Below are positions 17,621-25,382 of a DNA stretch of 25,382 nucleotides, piece by piece. Each line of letters opens with the position of its first letter. The first letter of the stretch is position 1. The stretch comes from Myxococcaceae bacterium (GTDB lineage Bacteria > Myxococcota > Myxococcia > Myxococcales > Myxococcaceae). The notes under the pieces were generated by a model, which had not been told where the DNA came from, did no database searches, and saw only the letters and a program-made list of their open reading frames with translations. Where the stretch lies: the NCBI GenBank assembly GCA_045802665.1, contig JBJMQN010000227.1, positions 1-25,382 of the forward strand, written 5' to 3'. The position numbers and the translations under genes were made by a program.

Positions 17621-18421
17621 ATGATCCTCCTCGCCGTGGGTGCGGCCGCGCTGCTCAGCGTGAATGCCGCTCCGCTCAAGCTCGCTGCGCCCGGACTTCA
17701 GGGCGTGAACGTGGACGAGAAGCAGGCCACGCTCTTCACCGACTACTTCGCCCAGCAGCTCTCCCAGTACGGCGTGCACGTCACCACCGCGGCGGAGATC
17801 GCCACGCTCATCGGCCTCGAACGCCAGAAGCAGCTCCTGGGCTGCAGCGACAGCTCCGGCGCGTGCATGGCGGAGCTCGCCGGGGCGTTGGGCGTGGACG
17901 GCGTCATCTCCGGCAACGTGGCGAAGATCGAGTCGCAGTACGTGCTCACGATCAAGATCGTGAAGGCCTCCGACGGGTCGTCGATGGGGAACTATTCGGG
18001 CCGGATGACGACCGCGGAGGAGGCGCTCGACTGGCTCGGGAAGACCGCGCGGGAGTTCGCGGTCTCGCAGGCGATGATCACCGAGACGAAGCCCACCGGC
18101 ATTCACCTCCGGAAGTACTGGTGGCTCCCGGCGGGCCTCGGGGCAGGGGCGCTCGGGGTGGGCGCCGGTCTCTACTCGGACGCGAACGGCACCGCGGACA
18201 AGCTCCGCAGAGGCGAGGGCGATCCGGCTCAGCTTAACCAGACCATCTCCAGCGCGAGATCGCAGCAGCAGCTCGGCGTGGCGCTGATGGGCCTTGGCGC
18301 GGCCGGCCTCGTCACCGCGGTGGTCTTCATCATCACGGGCAATCCGCCGGAGAGCACCACGGTGATGGTGAATCCCACGCCGGGCGGCGCCTCCATGACC
18401 CTCGGCGGGAGCTTCCGATGA
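17621..18421 (+). CDS. Exported hypothetical protein with TolB-N/CsgG/LpoB-like domain and Gly-rich hydrophobic C-terminus
   Basis: Signal MILLAVGAAALLSVNA. LERQKQLLGC...CMAELAGALGVDGVISGNVAKI..YVLTIKIV resembles this domain as seen in myxobacteria (my recollection). Two Gly-rich hydrophobic helices; ends ...MTLGGSFR. Confidence 0.75.
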   Translation: MILLAVGAAALLSVNAAPLKLAAPGLQGVNVDEKQATLFTDYFAQQLSQYGVHVTTAAEIATLIGLERQKQLLGCSDSSGACMAELAGALGVDGVISGNVAKIESQYVLTIKIVKASDGSSMGNYSGRMTTAEEALDWLGKTAREFAVSQAMITETKPTGIHLRKYWWLPAGLGAGALGVGAGLYSDANGTADKLRRGEGDPAQLNQTISSARSQQQLGVALMGLGAAGLVTAVVFIITGNPPESTTVMVNPTPGGASMTLGGSFR

Positions 18422-20031
18422 AGCGCGTGCTCGTCGGACTTGCGGCTGCCGTCGCGATCACCGCCTGCACCAACTGGGACTCGGTGAAGAGCGACTTCTG
18501 CGCCTCGCACGCGGGCGAAGGCAACTGCCCCGCCAACGGCTCCGATGCCGGAGCAGATGCGGGCGAAGATGCCGGACAAGTCGCGCAGTCCGAGTTCGAC
18601 GGCGGCCCGCCGGTGGATTGGCTCCAGGTGTTGGGCGGCATCAGCAACGACCAGCTGGATGACCTGAAGCTCAATCCGGGAGGCTTTGCTGAGCTGGCTG
18701 CTTCGGGATCTTTCACCGGCGCCATCGACTTCGGGGGCGGCGTCGTCAGCGCGCCGAGCCCCTCCGCGCCCGCGCTCTTCCTCCTCACGCTCGCGGCGGA
18801 CTCGGGGACGATCGGCTCGGCGTACGGAATCCGGTGCGGTCTCTACACGGGGGATCCGCAGACTTCACTCGCCTGGGGCGACGGCGGCCTCCTCCTGGGC
18901 GCAACCTGCTTCAGCGCGAGCCCCGTCGTCGACGACGGCGTCACCGTTCAACCCATCGACGCGGGCAACAACCTTCCGCCCGGACAGCTCGGGTTGGATC
19001 CCGTCGTCCTCCGCCTGAACAACGGCGTCTTCGCCGGCGAGCTCTTCAAGTCGCCGAATCAGCGCGCGGCCGAGCTTCGCGCGGTGGCGGGTGATGGACT
19101 TCCGTACTTCTATGTCGCGGTGAACGAGCCTCTGGGCTCGGAGGTGCTCGGTGCCGACGGCGGCGTCGACGCCGGCAACAGTCCGCTGATGGCGCGGATG
19201 GGCGTCGAGACCCTCGCGCCGGAGCTCGTCAGCTCGTTCGACTGCCCACATGTCGAGAAGCTGGCGTGGGAAGCGCTCGCGACGGATTCGACCGGCGACA
19301 GCGTGATGCAGGTCTACCGCCGCGGGCCAAGTCCCGGTCCGGAGAGCTGCTCCCTCACCATTCCGGGGCAGTTCACGGGCAGTGGCTCGTCAACCTCTCA
19401 GCCCGGGCTCGAGCGCGTGCTCGTCTGGGTCAGTAATCGAGGCGTCACTCAGCACAGCCACCTGTCCCTGGGACAAATCTCCGGCGACGGCGGTTTCGTC
19501 CATCTCGCCGTCGCGGGCCCGACCTTGCTCTATGTGGCGGGCCTGATGAGCGCAAACGTCGGGACCGTCTTCCGGAATTCTCCTGCTCCCACGGTGGCGA
19601 GCATTGACCTGCAGCTCCAGAACACCACCGCCCTTCATGCCTTCGCCGAGGGCCCCAGGAGCGCCGTCTCCATCAACGACATCGCCGTGGTCCCCGGCGC
19701 CTCCCCGCAGATCTGGATCACCGGCTCCGTTCGCGGCGAGCTCCGAGAGGTGGATGGCGGCGCGGTGCTCGCCTCCCACGACGAGCACTCCGACGGCTTC
19801 CTCATCCGGCTGAGCCCTACCACGCTCTCGCCGGTGAAGACGGTGGTGTTCGGAACGCCGGGCCGCGACGAAGAGGGCCGCAAGCTCATCGTCCGCCCTC
19901 CGTTCATCTACGTCGGCGGAACGGTGACGGCGCCGCCCAACGGCGAAGGCCCGTACAGCTTCGGCGGCAAGACGGCGACGCTGAACGGCGGCTCGGACGT
20001 GCTGCTCTTCCGGATGCCGATCCCGCAGTAA
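18418..20031 (+). CDS. Lipoprotein with probable beta-propeller
   Basis: ATGA overlap with the previous gene. Signal MKRVLVGLAAAVAITAC (Cys17), Cys pair and DAGADAGEDAG linker. Blade-like segments SGSFTGAIDFGGG, ITGSVRG, DGFLIRLS, YVGGTV, GGSDVLLFRM. Confidence 0.75.
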   Translation: MKRVLVGLAAAVAITACTNWDSVKSDFCASHAGEGNCPANGSDAGADAGEDAGQVAQSEFDGGPPVDWLQVLGGISNDQLDDLKLNPGGFAELAASGSFTGAIDFGGGVVSAPSPSAPALFLLTLAADSGTIGSAYGIRCGLYTGDPQTSLAWGDGGLLLGATCFSASPVVDDGVTVQPIDAGNNLPPGQLGLDPVVLRLNNGVFAGELFKSPNQRAAELRAVAGDGLPYFYVAVNEPLGSEVLGADGGVDAGNSPLMARMGVETLAPELVSSFDCPHVEKLAWEALATDSTGDSVMQVYRRGPSPGPESCSLTIPGQFTGSGSSTSQPGLERVLVWVSNRGVTQHSHLSLGQISGDGGFVHLAVAGPTLLYVAGLMSANVGTVFRNSPAPTVASIDLQLQNTTALHAFAEGPRSAVSINDIAVVPGASPQIWITGSVRGELREVDGGAVLASHDEHSDGFLIRLSPTTLSPVKTVVFGTPGRDEEGRKLIVRPPFIYVGGTVTAPPNGEGPYSFGGKTATLNGGSDVLLFRMPIPQ

Positions 20032-20631
20032 CTACTTCTTCGCCTCGTTCCAGAGCGCCTGAAGATCCTCGTGGTCCCACTTGAACTGCTGGGTGGGCGT
20101 ATCGACCGTGCCGTCGAGCCGGAAGCTGACGGTGTCCTCCCGAACCTGAAGGTCCTGGAACCGCGTCGTCAGCGTCACGTCCATGTCGAGCGCATCCCGA
20201 ATCACGCCTGACAGCCCGAGCTGGCCGACGAGGCCAATCTTCACGTCCGCGTAGTCCGCATCGCCCTCACCGGGTACGTAGTCGAACTGCGTGAGCGCGG
20301 AGATGTCGCCGTCCAGCCAGTGCGCTCCGTCCTCCGAGTAATCCTTGTACTCCATGTCCACCATCACGCCGCGGCCCGCGAGCCCCACGACCACGCCCAC
20401 CGGGTTCACTTTCAGCGTGGCCTCGCCGCCGCTGGTGCCCTTCACGGTGATCGCCGGCGCGGGAAGCTGATCGAGCCCGGACTGATAGAGCATCAGCGCC
20501 GCGCCCTTCGCGTGGGTCGTCGGAACGGCCGCATACGCGAACGTGGAGGTGAGCTCCTCCTTGGATTGCACGGGCTTACCGCCGCAGCCGGCAGCCAGGA
20601 CCGCGAGAATCATCAGAGCGGAGACGCGCAT
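20032..20631 (-). CDS. Hypothetical lipoprotein, beta-strand rich
   Basis: ATG at 20631 gives MRVSALMILAVLAAGC (LAAG-C lipobox, Cys16); 199 aa. Confidence 0.78.
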   Translation of the reverse strand: MRVSALMILAVLAAGCGGKPVQSKEELTSTFAYAAVPTTHAKGAALMLYQSGLDQLPAPAITVKGTSGGEATLKVNPVGVVVGLAGRGVMVDMEYKDYSEDGAHWLDGDISALTQFDYVPGEGDADYADVKIGLVGQLGLSGVIRDALDMDVTLTTRFQDLQVREDTVSFRLDGTVDTPTQQFKWDHEDLQALWNEAKK

Positions 20632-20740
20632 GATCCCTCCGTAACCGCAGCCCGAAATACCGATCAAAAAAGAATCCAACCACGCGAAGGCACGTGAGCG
20701 CAGGGTTCACATCCGCCCACAGCCCCGGGTACCGGACGGA

Positions 20741-21847
20741 CTACCGGTTCGGCTTGCCGAGCCGCGGATCGTCCAGCCTGTCCACCACCGCCACCCGGTC
20801 ACCCACGGACAGCGCGTTGAACAGCGTGATGATGTCCTTGTTGTCGTGGCGCATGCAGCCGTGGCTCACGTCCGCGCCGAGATCCTGTGGCGCCGAAGTC
20901 CCGTGCAGCTCCTCGCCGGACGACGATCCATCCGCCCACGACAGATCGATGATGCGGGGCCCGAACACTTTCGGGTTGCCCCACAGCCGCTGACCCAGCG
21001 CCGCCGAGTCCGCCTCGCCGAGCTTCCCGGTCACCTTCTTGAGGCCGCTCTCGGTGCTGGTCATCTGCGCGCCCACCGCGTTCGGGATGATGGTCTCCAG
21101 CTTGCCGTTCTTGTCGAACAGGAACGTGCGGTGCTCGCTCTTCACCACGACGACGCGCACGAGCTTTCCGTCGTACTTCGGAGACGGCACGTTCAGCGTC
21201 TGGCCCTGCTCGCCCTTCTTCGGCGCGAGCACATCCAGCGCCTTCAGCGTCGCGGCATCCAGCGTCCCGGTCACGGGCACATCCGGGAACATCCGCTGCG
21301 CGTGCTTCTGAAAGTTGGTGATCGCCTTCTTGGACTGGGCGCCGTAGGCCCCATCCGCGCCGCCATAGAGCGCAAAGCCCATGTCGATGAGCGACTGCTG
21401 CACGGCCTTGAGGCCCTCGCCCTTCGTGCCCGCACCGAGCACCGCGCCGGCTTTCAGGACCTGCTGCAGCTGCGCGTTCCCCACGAAGCGGTTGTTGGTC
21501 AGCGCGCCGCCGGTCGGCTTCGGCGAAGGTCCGCCGAGCTTGATGCCCAGCGCGTTGATCGTCGCCTTGTCGATCTTCCCGGTCTGCGGAAGGTTCTGCG
21601 ACTTCTGGAAGCCCTTGAGCGCGCCTTCCGTCTTCGGGCCGAACGCGCCGTCCGCCGTGCCCACGGGGTAGCCCACGTCGTTGAGCGCGCTCTGGATCTG
21701 CTGCACGCCCATCCCAGACGCGCCGATGCTGATCGCGGTGCCACCGTTCCAGATCTTCTTCAGATCGGCCGCGTCGAAGCGGGCAGGAATGGACGGGCTG
21801 GTGGTGGGCGCAGTGGCGCCACCGGTGCGGCTGATGGACTGAGGCAT
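20741..21847 (-). CDS. L,D-transpeptidase (YkuD family) with two peptidoglycan-binding (PG_binding_1-like) domains
   Basis: VQQIQSAL...ADGAFGPKTEGALKGFQ...TGKIDKAT and VQQSL...ADGAYGAQSKKAITNFQ...TGTLDAAT; catalytic LHGT...SHGCMR (Cys at 20855-20857). ATG at 21847 has a GGGGAG RBS; the listed start at 22012 overlaps mltD. Confidence 0.9.
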   Translation of the reverse strand: MPQSISRTGGATAPTTSPSIPARFDAADLKKIWNGGTAISIGASGMGVQQIQSALNDVGYPVGTADGAFGPKTEGALKGFQKSQNLPQTGKIDKATINALGIKLGGPSPKPTGGALTNNRFVGNAQLQQVLKAGAVLGAGTKGEGLKAVQQSLIDMGFALYGGADGAYGAQSKKAITNFQKHAQRMFPDVPVTGTLDAATLKALDVLAPKKGEQGQTLNVPSPKYDGKLVRVVVVKSEHRTFLFDKNGKLETIIPNAVGAQMTSTESGLKKVTGKLGEADSAALGQRLWGNPKVFGPRIIDLSWADGSSSGEELHGTSAPQDLGADVSHGCMRHDNKDIITLFNALSVGDRVAVVDRLDDPRLGKPNR

Positions 21848-21901
21848 GTGATGGTCTCCCCTGAGGCCGCTCGGAGGTTTCGAGCGGCGATCCAGCGGGC
21901 G

Positions 21902-21930
21902 CTTATACCCAAACGTGCAGGGACGTCCAA
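21902..21930 (-). promoter_or_regulatory. Putative sigma70 promoter for the L,D-transpeptidase gene
   Basis: On the minus strand: TTGGAC (21930-21925), 17 bp, TATAAG (21907-21902). Confidence 0.5.
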
Positions 21931-21945
21931 ACCGCTGAAGCCGGC

Positions 21946-24018
21946 TCAGGGACTCACGAGCGTCAGCTGCTGGCCGACCTTCAGCGTCCGGTTGTCGCTG
22001 ATGTGATTCCACTTCTTGAGGTCGTCCACGGACACGCCGTACTTCTGTGACACCGACCAGAGCGACTCACCCTCGGCGAGCTGGTGCGTCTTGCCGCCCG
22101 GACCCGCCGTCTGCGCCTTCGCGACGACCGGCGCCGAGTCCTTGATCGGCGCCGCAGCGGGACCCGGCCAGATGGTCAGGAGCTGCCCAACCTTCAGGCC
22201 GCGCTTCTGTTTCGGAAGCATGTTCCAGGTCCGGAGCTCATCCACCGCGCAGTTGAAGCGCTGGGCGATCGTCCAGAGCGAATCACCGCTCGCGACGCCG
22301 TAGGTGACCTTCGTCTTGCCGTCCACCTTCTCGGTCTTCACGGTGCCGGCGAGCGCGGCGTTGCTCGTCTTCTGCTGGCTGCCGGCGGGGATCTCGTCTT
22401 CGGGGCGGACGGCGTTGAAGCCCGCTCGGCGAGCTCGCGCGATCTGGTTCGCCAGCGCCGCTTCCTTAGCGGTCTTGCTGGACGGGATCGGGATCATCAG
22501 CGCCGTGTTCACCTTGAGGTACTTGGCGTTGGTGAGCTGGTTGAGGCGCATGATCGCCTCGGGCGCGGAGCCGTACGTCTGCGCGATCTTGCTCAACGTG
22601 TCGCCGCGCTTCACCACGTGCGACTTGAAGGTCAGCCGCTCTTGCGGAGGGATCTTCGCGAAGTTCGCCTCGAAGATGGACGCCGTGCCTTTCGGAACTC
22701 GCAGCACGTACGCCTTGCCGGGGGCGACCGGCGGCGTGCACCAGTGGCGAAGCTCGGGGTTCAGCTCCTCCAGCGTCTTCACGTCGCAGCCCGCCGCGCG
22801 CGCGAGCACTTCCATGTCCGTCGGCGCGCTGAGCTTCACTTCGTCGAAGGTCAGGATCGGCTGGTAGTCGATCTCGTCCTTGCCGAACCCGAACGCCTCG
22901 GGGTGCTTCGCCACGAGCGCGGCAGCGATGAGCTTGGGCACGTAGTGCTTGGTCTCCTTCGCGAGCCCCTTGCCGTCCGAGATCTGCCAGAAGTCCGACG
23001 TGCCCTTCTTCTCGATGGTGTGGCGGATCTTGTTCGCGCCCGCGTTGTAGCCGGCCCACGCGAGGTACCAGTGGCCGAGATCCTTGTAGAGCGTCTTCAA
23101 GAATCGCGCGGCCGCGACCGTCGCCTTCAGCGGATCGCGCCGCTCATCCACCCAGAAGTCCTGCTTGAGGCCATATGTCTTGCCGGTGGAGGAGATGAAC
23201 TGCCACGGCCCGGACGCCTTCGCCCACGAGTACGCCTTGGGAGAGAAGCCGCTCTCGATCATCGACAGATAGACGAGATCCTTCGGCACGCCCTGCGCTT
23301 CGAGGATGGGCTGCATCACCGGGATGAAGCGCGTGGACCGCGCCATCCAGTTCTTGAACCACTTGCGGCCCGGGCCCTGGAAGAAGTGGATGTACTCGGC
23401 GACCAGCGGCTGCATCTCCACCGGGATGTCGTAGTCGCCCGCGACCTGACGCACGTCGAACGAGGAGAGATCCGTGACGAGGCCCAGCTCACCGGGCGGC
23501 TCGTTCTGCAGCTCCAGCTCCTCCAGCGCGTCGGACATCCGAGCGCGCAGCGGATTCGCGAACCCCAGGCGCCTGAGCGACTGCAGCACCTCCGCGGAGT
23601 TCTTCGCGCCCGGATCCAGCGTCACATCCTCGAGCGCCCGAAGCTCCTCGAGCTCCATGCTCTCCTTCTCGGACTCCTCGCCGTTGTTCTCGTCGCCCGT
23701 GTCCGTCACCACCGGCATCGCAACGTCGTCGTCCGAGTCCTTCGCAGGCACCTCGAGCTTCGCCTTCTCGTCGTCGGCGAGCAGCTTCATGCCCGGAGGC
23801 GCGGGCGGCATCTGCAGCGCTGAACCCGCATCCGCAGAGTCCTTCGCGACGACCTTCATCCCGGGAGGAGGCGGCGGCATCTGCAGCGCATCCGTCTGCG
23901 CCACGAGCTTTCCCCCACCGCTCAAAAGCTTCATCCCCGGAGGGGGCGGCGGCATGGGCAGATCCTTCACCGGAGCGGCGGCGAGGATGTGCGCAAGGAG
24001 GGGGAGGGTAAGCAGCAT
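21946..24018 (-). CDS. mltD: Lytic murein transglycosylase D-like protein (SLT domain + LysM repeats)
   Basis: LSMIESGF (catalytic Glu), ASGPWQFISSTG, AGYNAG, ETKHYVPK; three clear LysM (VVKRGDTLSKIA, VASGDSLWTIA, LAEGESLWSVS) plus one degenerate. ATG at 24018 preferred (MLLTLPLLAHILAA). Confidence 0.92.
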   Translation of the reverse strand: MLLTLPLLAHILAAAPVKDLPMPPPPPGMKLLSGGGKLVAQTDALQMPPPPPGMKVVAKDSADAGSALQMPPAPPGMKLLADDEKAKLEVPAKDSDDDVAMPVVTDTGDENNGEESEKESMELEELRALEDVTLDPGAKNSAEVLQSLRRLGFANPLRARMSDALEELELQNEPPGELGLVTDLSSFDVRQVAGDYDIPVEMQPLVAEYIHFFQGPGRKWFKNWMARSTRFIPVMQPILEAQGVPKDLVYLSMIESGFSPKAYSWAKASGPWQFISSTGKTYGLKQDFWVDERRDPLKATVAAARFLKTLYKDLGHWYLAWAGYNAGANKIRHTIEKKGTSDFWQISDGKGLAKETKHYVPKLIAAALVAKHPEAFGFGKDEIDYQPILTFDEVKLSAPTDMEVLARAAGCDVKTLEELNPELRHWCTPPVAPGKAYVLRVPKGTASIFEANFAKIPPQERLTFKSHVVKRGDTLSKIAQTYGSAPEAIMRLNQLTNAKYLKVNTALMIPIPSSKTAKEAALANQIARARRAGFNAVRPEDEIPAGSQQKTSNAALAGTVKTEKVDGKTKVTYGVASGDSLWTIAQRFNCAVDELRTWNMLPKQKRGLKVGQLLTIWPGPAAAPIKDSAPVVAKAQTAGPGGKTHQLAEGESLWSVSQKYGVSVDDLKKWNHISDNRTLKVGQQLTLVSP
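23779..23955 (-). repeat. Three coding repeats MPP(P/A)PPGMK(L/V)(L/V) in the MltD N-terminus
   Basis: Read from the translation at residues 22, 47 and 70. Confidence 0.9.
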
Positions 24019-24078
24019 CGGCACTTTCAGAGGGCACGAAGCGTAAACGGGGATTTTCAGGGCGACAAACAACCAACC

Positions 24079-24098
24079 AGGCAGGGGATTCCCCGCCT
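24079..24098 (-). terminator. Possible terminator or operator palindrome between the cytochrome gene and mltD
   Basis: AGGC-A-GGGG-ATT-CCCC-GCCT; on the minus strand it is followed by GGTTGGTTGTTTG, an imperfect U-rich tail. Confidence 0.35.
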
Positions 24099-24199
24099 AA
24101 CGGACCTCCAGTCGGCCCGAGCGGAGTCGAGCGCGCCGCGAGTGCGAAGCGAACCCGAGGTGCGAGCGTTCTGGCCCGCTCAACCTCGAGGCAAGCCGC

Positions 24200-25382
24200 T
24201 CAACGCTTCGCGTGCGCCTCGTGCCCCTTACCCAGAATCTTCGGCAGGTAAGCGCTGAACGAGAAGTGCGGCGAGTTCTCCGGATCGTGGCACCCGATGC
24301 ACGTCTGCTCGTCGTTCCCGAGCTTGATGTTCGAATCCGACGGGTCATCCACATGAATCGACCCGGGCCCGTGGCACGACTCGCACCCCACGTCGGTCCG
24401 GTCCGCCACCTGATCGATCCTGCAAACCCCGCCCGGCTTCTGCCAACCGGTCACGTGGCAGCCGACGCAGTCCAGATGGAACTGCTTGTTCTTGCTCTCC
24501 AGCGTCTTGTACGCGCTTGCGTGCTTGGACTGCTCCCAGCTGGGGAACGACTCCTCGTGGCAGTCGCGGCAGATCTTGCTCCCCACGTACCCGGCCTGCC
24601 CCTTCGCCGGAGCAGGACAGGTCTCACCGTGCGCCTTCGCGAACGCGAGGTTCAGCTGGCCCACGTCTTTGTCATACGTGCTCACCAGCGACGCGACAGC
24701 CGGCTCATCCGGCACCGTCGTCTCCAATGGGATGAACCGCAGCGTGAACGCGTTCTTCCCCGCCGGAACCGTCGGCCGCACCGAGGCGAGCGTCTCACGC
24801 CGCTTCAAGAGCTCCTCCAGCTTCGCCTTCCGAACCTTGAGCGTCTCGGCCTGCAGAGACGGCTCGTTCACCTGCGCGCGCAAGAGCTCGATCCGCTCAT
24901 CCAGCGCGGCGAGCTCCTTGTCCTGCTCCGCCTGGCCCTTGATGAGCTCGAAGGGGCTGGTGCCATCTCCGAAGGTCAGGTCCGCGCGCAGCAGGCTCCT
25001 GCCTTTGCTCTGAAGTTGCACCACCGGCACTGCCGTTCGAACGAGGCGGTTGTCCTCGCCCCCCAGCTCGCCACCCGGATGCGTGGATACGAGCAGGTTC
25101 GCTCGGACCTCCCGCATGTCGCCCATCAGCTGCGTCTTCTCCAGCGACGCGTGCACGAGTCCCACCACGAACTCCGCGCCTGCGTTCTCGAGGGCGTTGG
25201 TTCCCGAGATGAGCTCCTGGGAGTCCTCCGCGGTGACGACGCCGAGCTTGTGCCCGCCGACGTCGACCATCCGGGTCGTTCCCACCGGCACCGTCGGCAG
25301 GCCGAGCGAGTCGAGGAATGACTGCTCCTCCACGAGGTCGTACTTCCCCACGCCCTTGGCAGCGACGCCCATCGCCTTGAAA
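24200..25382 (-). CDS. Multiheme cytochrome c (four CxxCH) fused to a 5'-nucleotidase/UshA-like region, 5'-truncated
   Basis: CRDCH, CVGCH, CESCH, CIGCH with WEQSKHASA (c554/c552-like). Upstream GHKLGVV, EFVVGLVH, NLLVSTH and GRSLLRADL follow a metallophosphoesterase-like strand order. The frame stays open past the listed ATG (…FKAMGV) to the window end. Confidence 0.85.
   Translation of the reverse strand, partial: FKAMGVAAKGVGKYDLVEEQSFLDSLGLPTVPVGTTRMVDVGGHKLGVVTAEDSQELISGTNALENAGAEFVVGLVHASLEKTQLMGDMREVRANLLVSTHPGGELGGEDNRLVRTAVPVVQLQSKGRSLLRADLTFGDGTSPFELIKGQAEQDKELAALDERIELLRAQVNEPSLQAETLKVRKAKLEELLKRRETLASVRPTVPAGKNAFTLRFIPLETTVPDEPAVASLVSTYDKDVGQLNLAFAKAHGETCPAPAKGQAGYVGSKICRDCHEESFPSWEQSKHASAYKTLESKNKQFHLDCVGCHVTGWQKPGGVCRIDQVADRTDVGCESCHGPGSIHVDDPSDSNIKLGNDEQTCIGCHDPENSPHFSFSAYLPKILGKGHEAHAKR

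Noticed and set aside
14464-17679. 1071-aa minus-strand ORF, and similar long antisense ORFs (8209-10263, 2956-4389, 6727-7992, 11926-13008, 22084-23823)
   Set aside because: They mirror well-supported genes on the opposite strand, are Arg/Leu/Val-rich without motifs, and are expected shadows of GC-rich codon bias.
21848-22012. Longer start for the L,D-transpeptidase
   Set aside because: It overlaps the mltD 3' end and the putative promoter, and adds no signal peptide; ATG 21847 has a good RBS.
1-25382. tRNA, rRNA, CRISPR array, integrase or transposase
   Set aside because: Intergenic gaps are all under about 185 nt, and none shows a cloverleaf, rRNA signature or regular repeat-spacer pattern; no recombinase motifs were seen.

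Overview
GC-rich bacterial window whose gene content (long Pro/Ala-linked Ser/Thr kinase with PEGA domains, FHA protein, Cys-rich lipoproteins with DAG linkers) points to a myxobacterium (Myxococcota). That assignment is inferred from protein style, not from a marker gene. I call 20 CDS, two of them truncated by the window edges, and see no rRNA, tRNA, CRISPR array, integrase or transposase. The + strand (1-20031) carries a large Ig-like/beta-propeller surface protein, a pyroglutamyl-peptidase fusion, a pspA cluster (PspA, membrane-anchored NMT1-like binding protein, 2-TM coiled-coil protein, FHA protein), a Phd/YefM-VapC toxin-antitoxin pair with a clear operator, a lipoprotein + MacB/LolCDE-type ABC unit, a Ser/Thr kinase, a two-module AAA+ ATPase and an exported protein/lipoprotein pair. 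The - strand (20032-25382) carries a UshA-like/tetraheme cytochrome c, MltD, a peptidoglycan-binding L,D-transpeptidase and a lipoprotein. The best candidate for an undescribed system is the co-oriented PspA (ESCRT-III fold) ... FHA ... kinase ... AAA+ block, read as a phosphorylation-controlled membrane-remodelling module. Also notable are two enzymes (the L,D-transpeptidase and the peptidase fusion) with no signal peptide that may be exported by a non-Sec route. These readings are hypotheses from motifs and gene order only; no database search was run.
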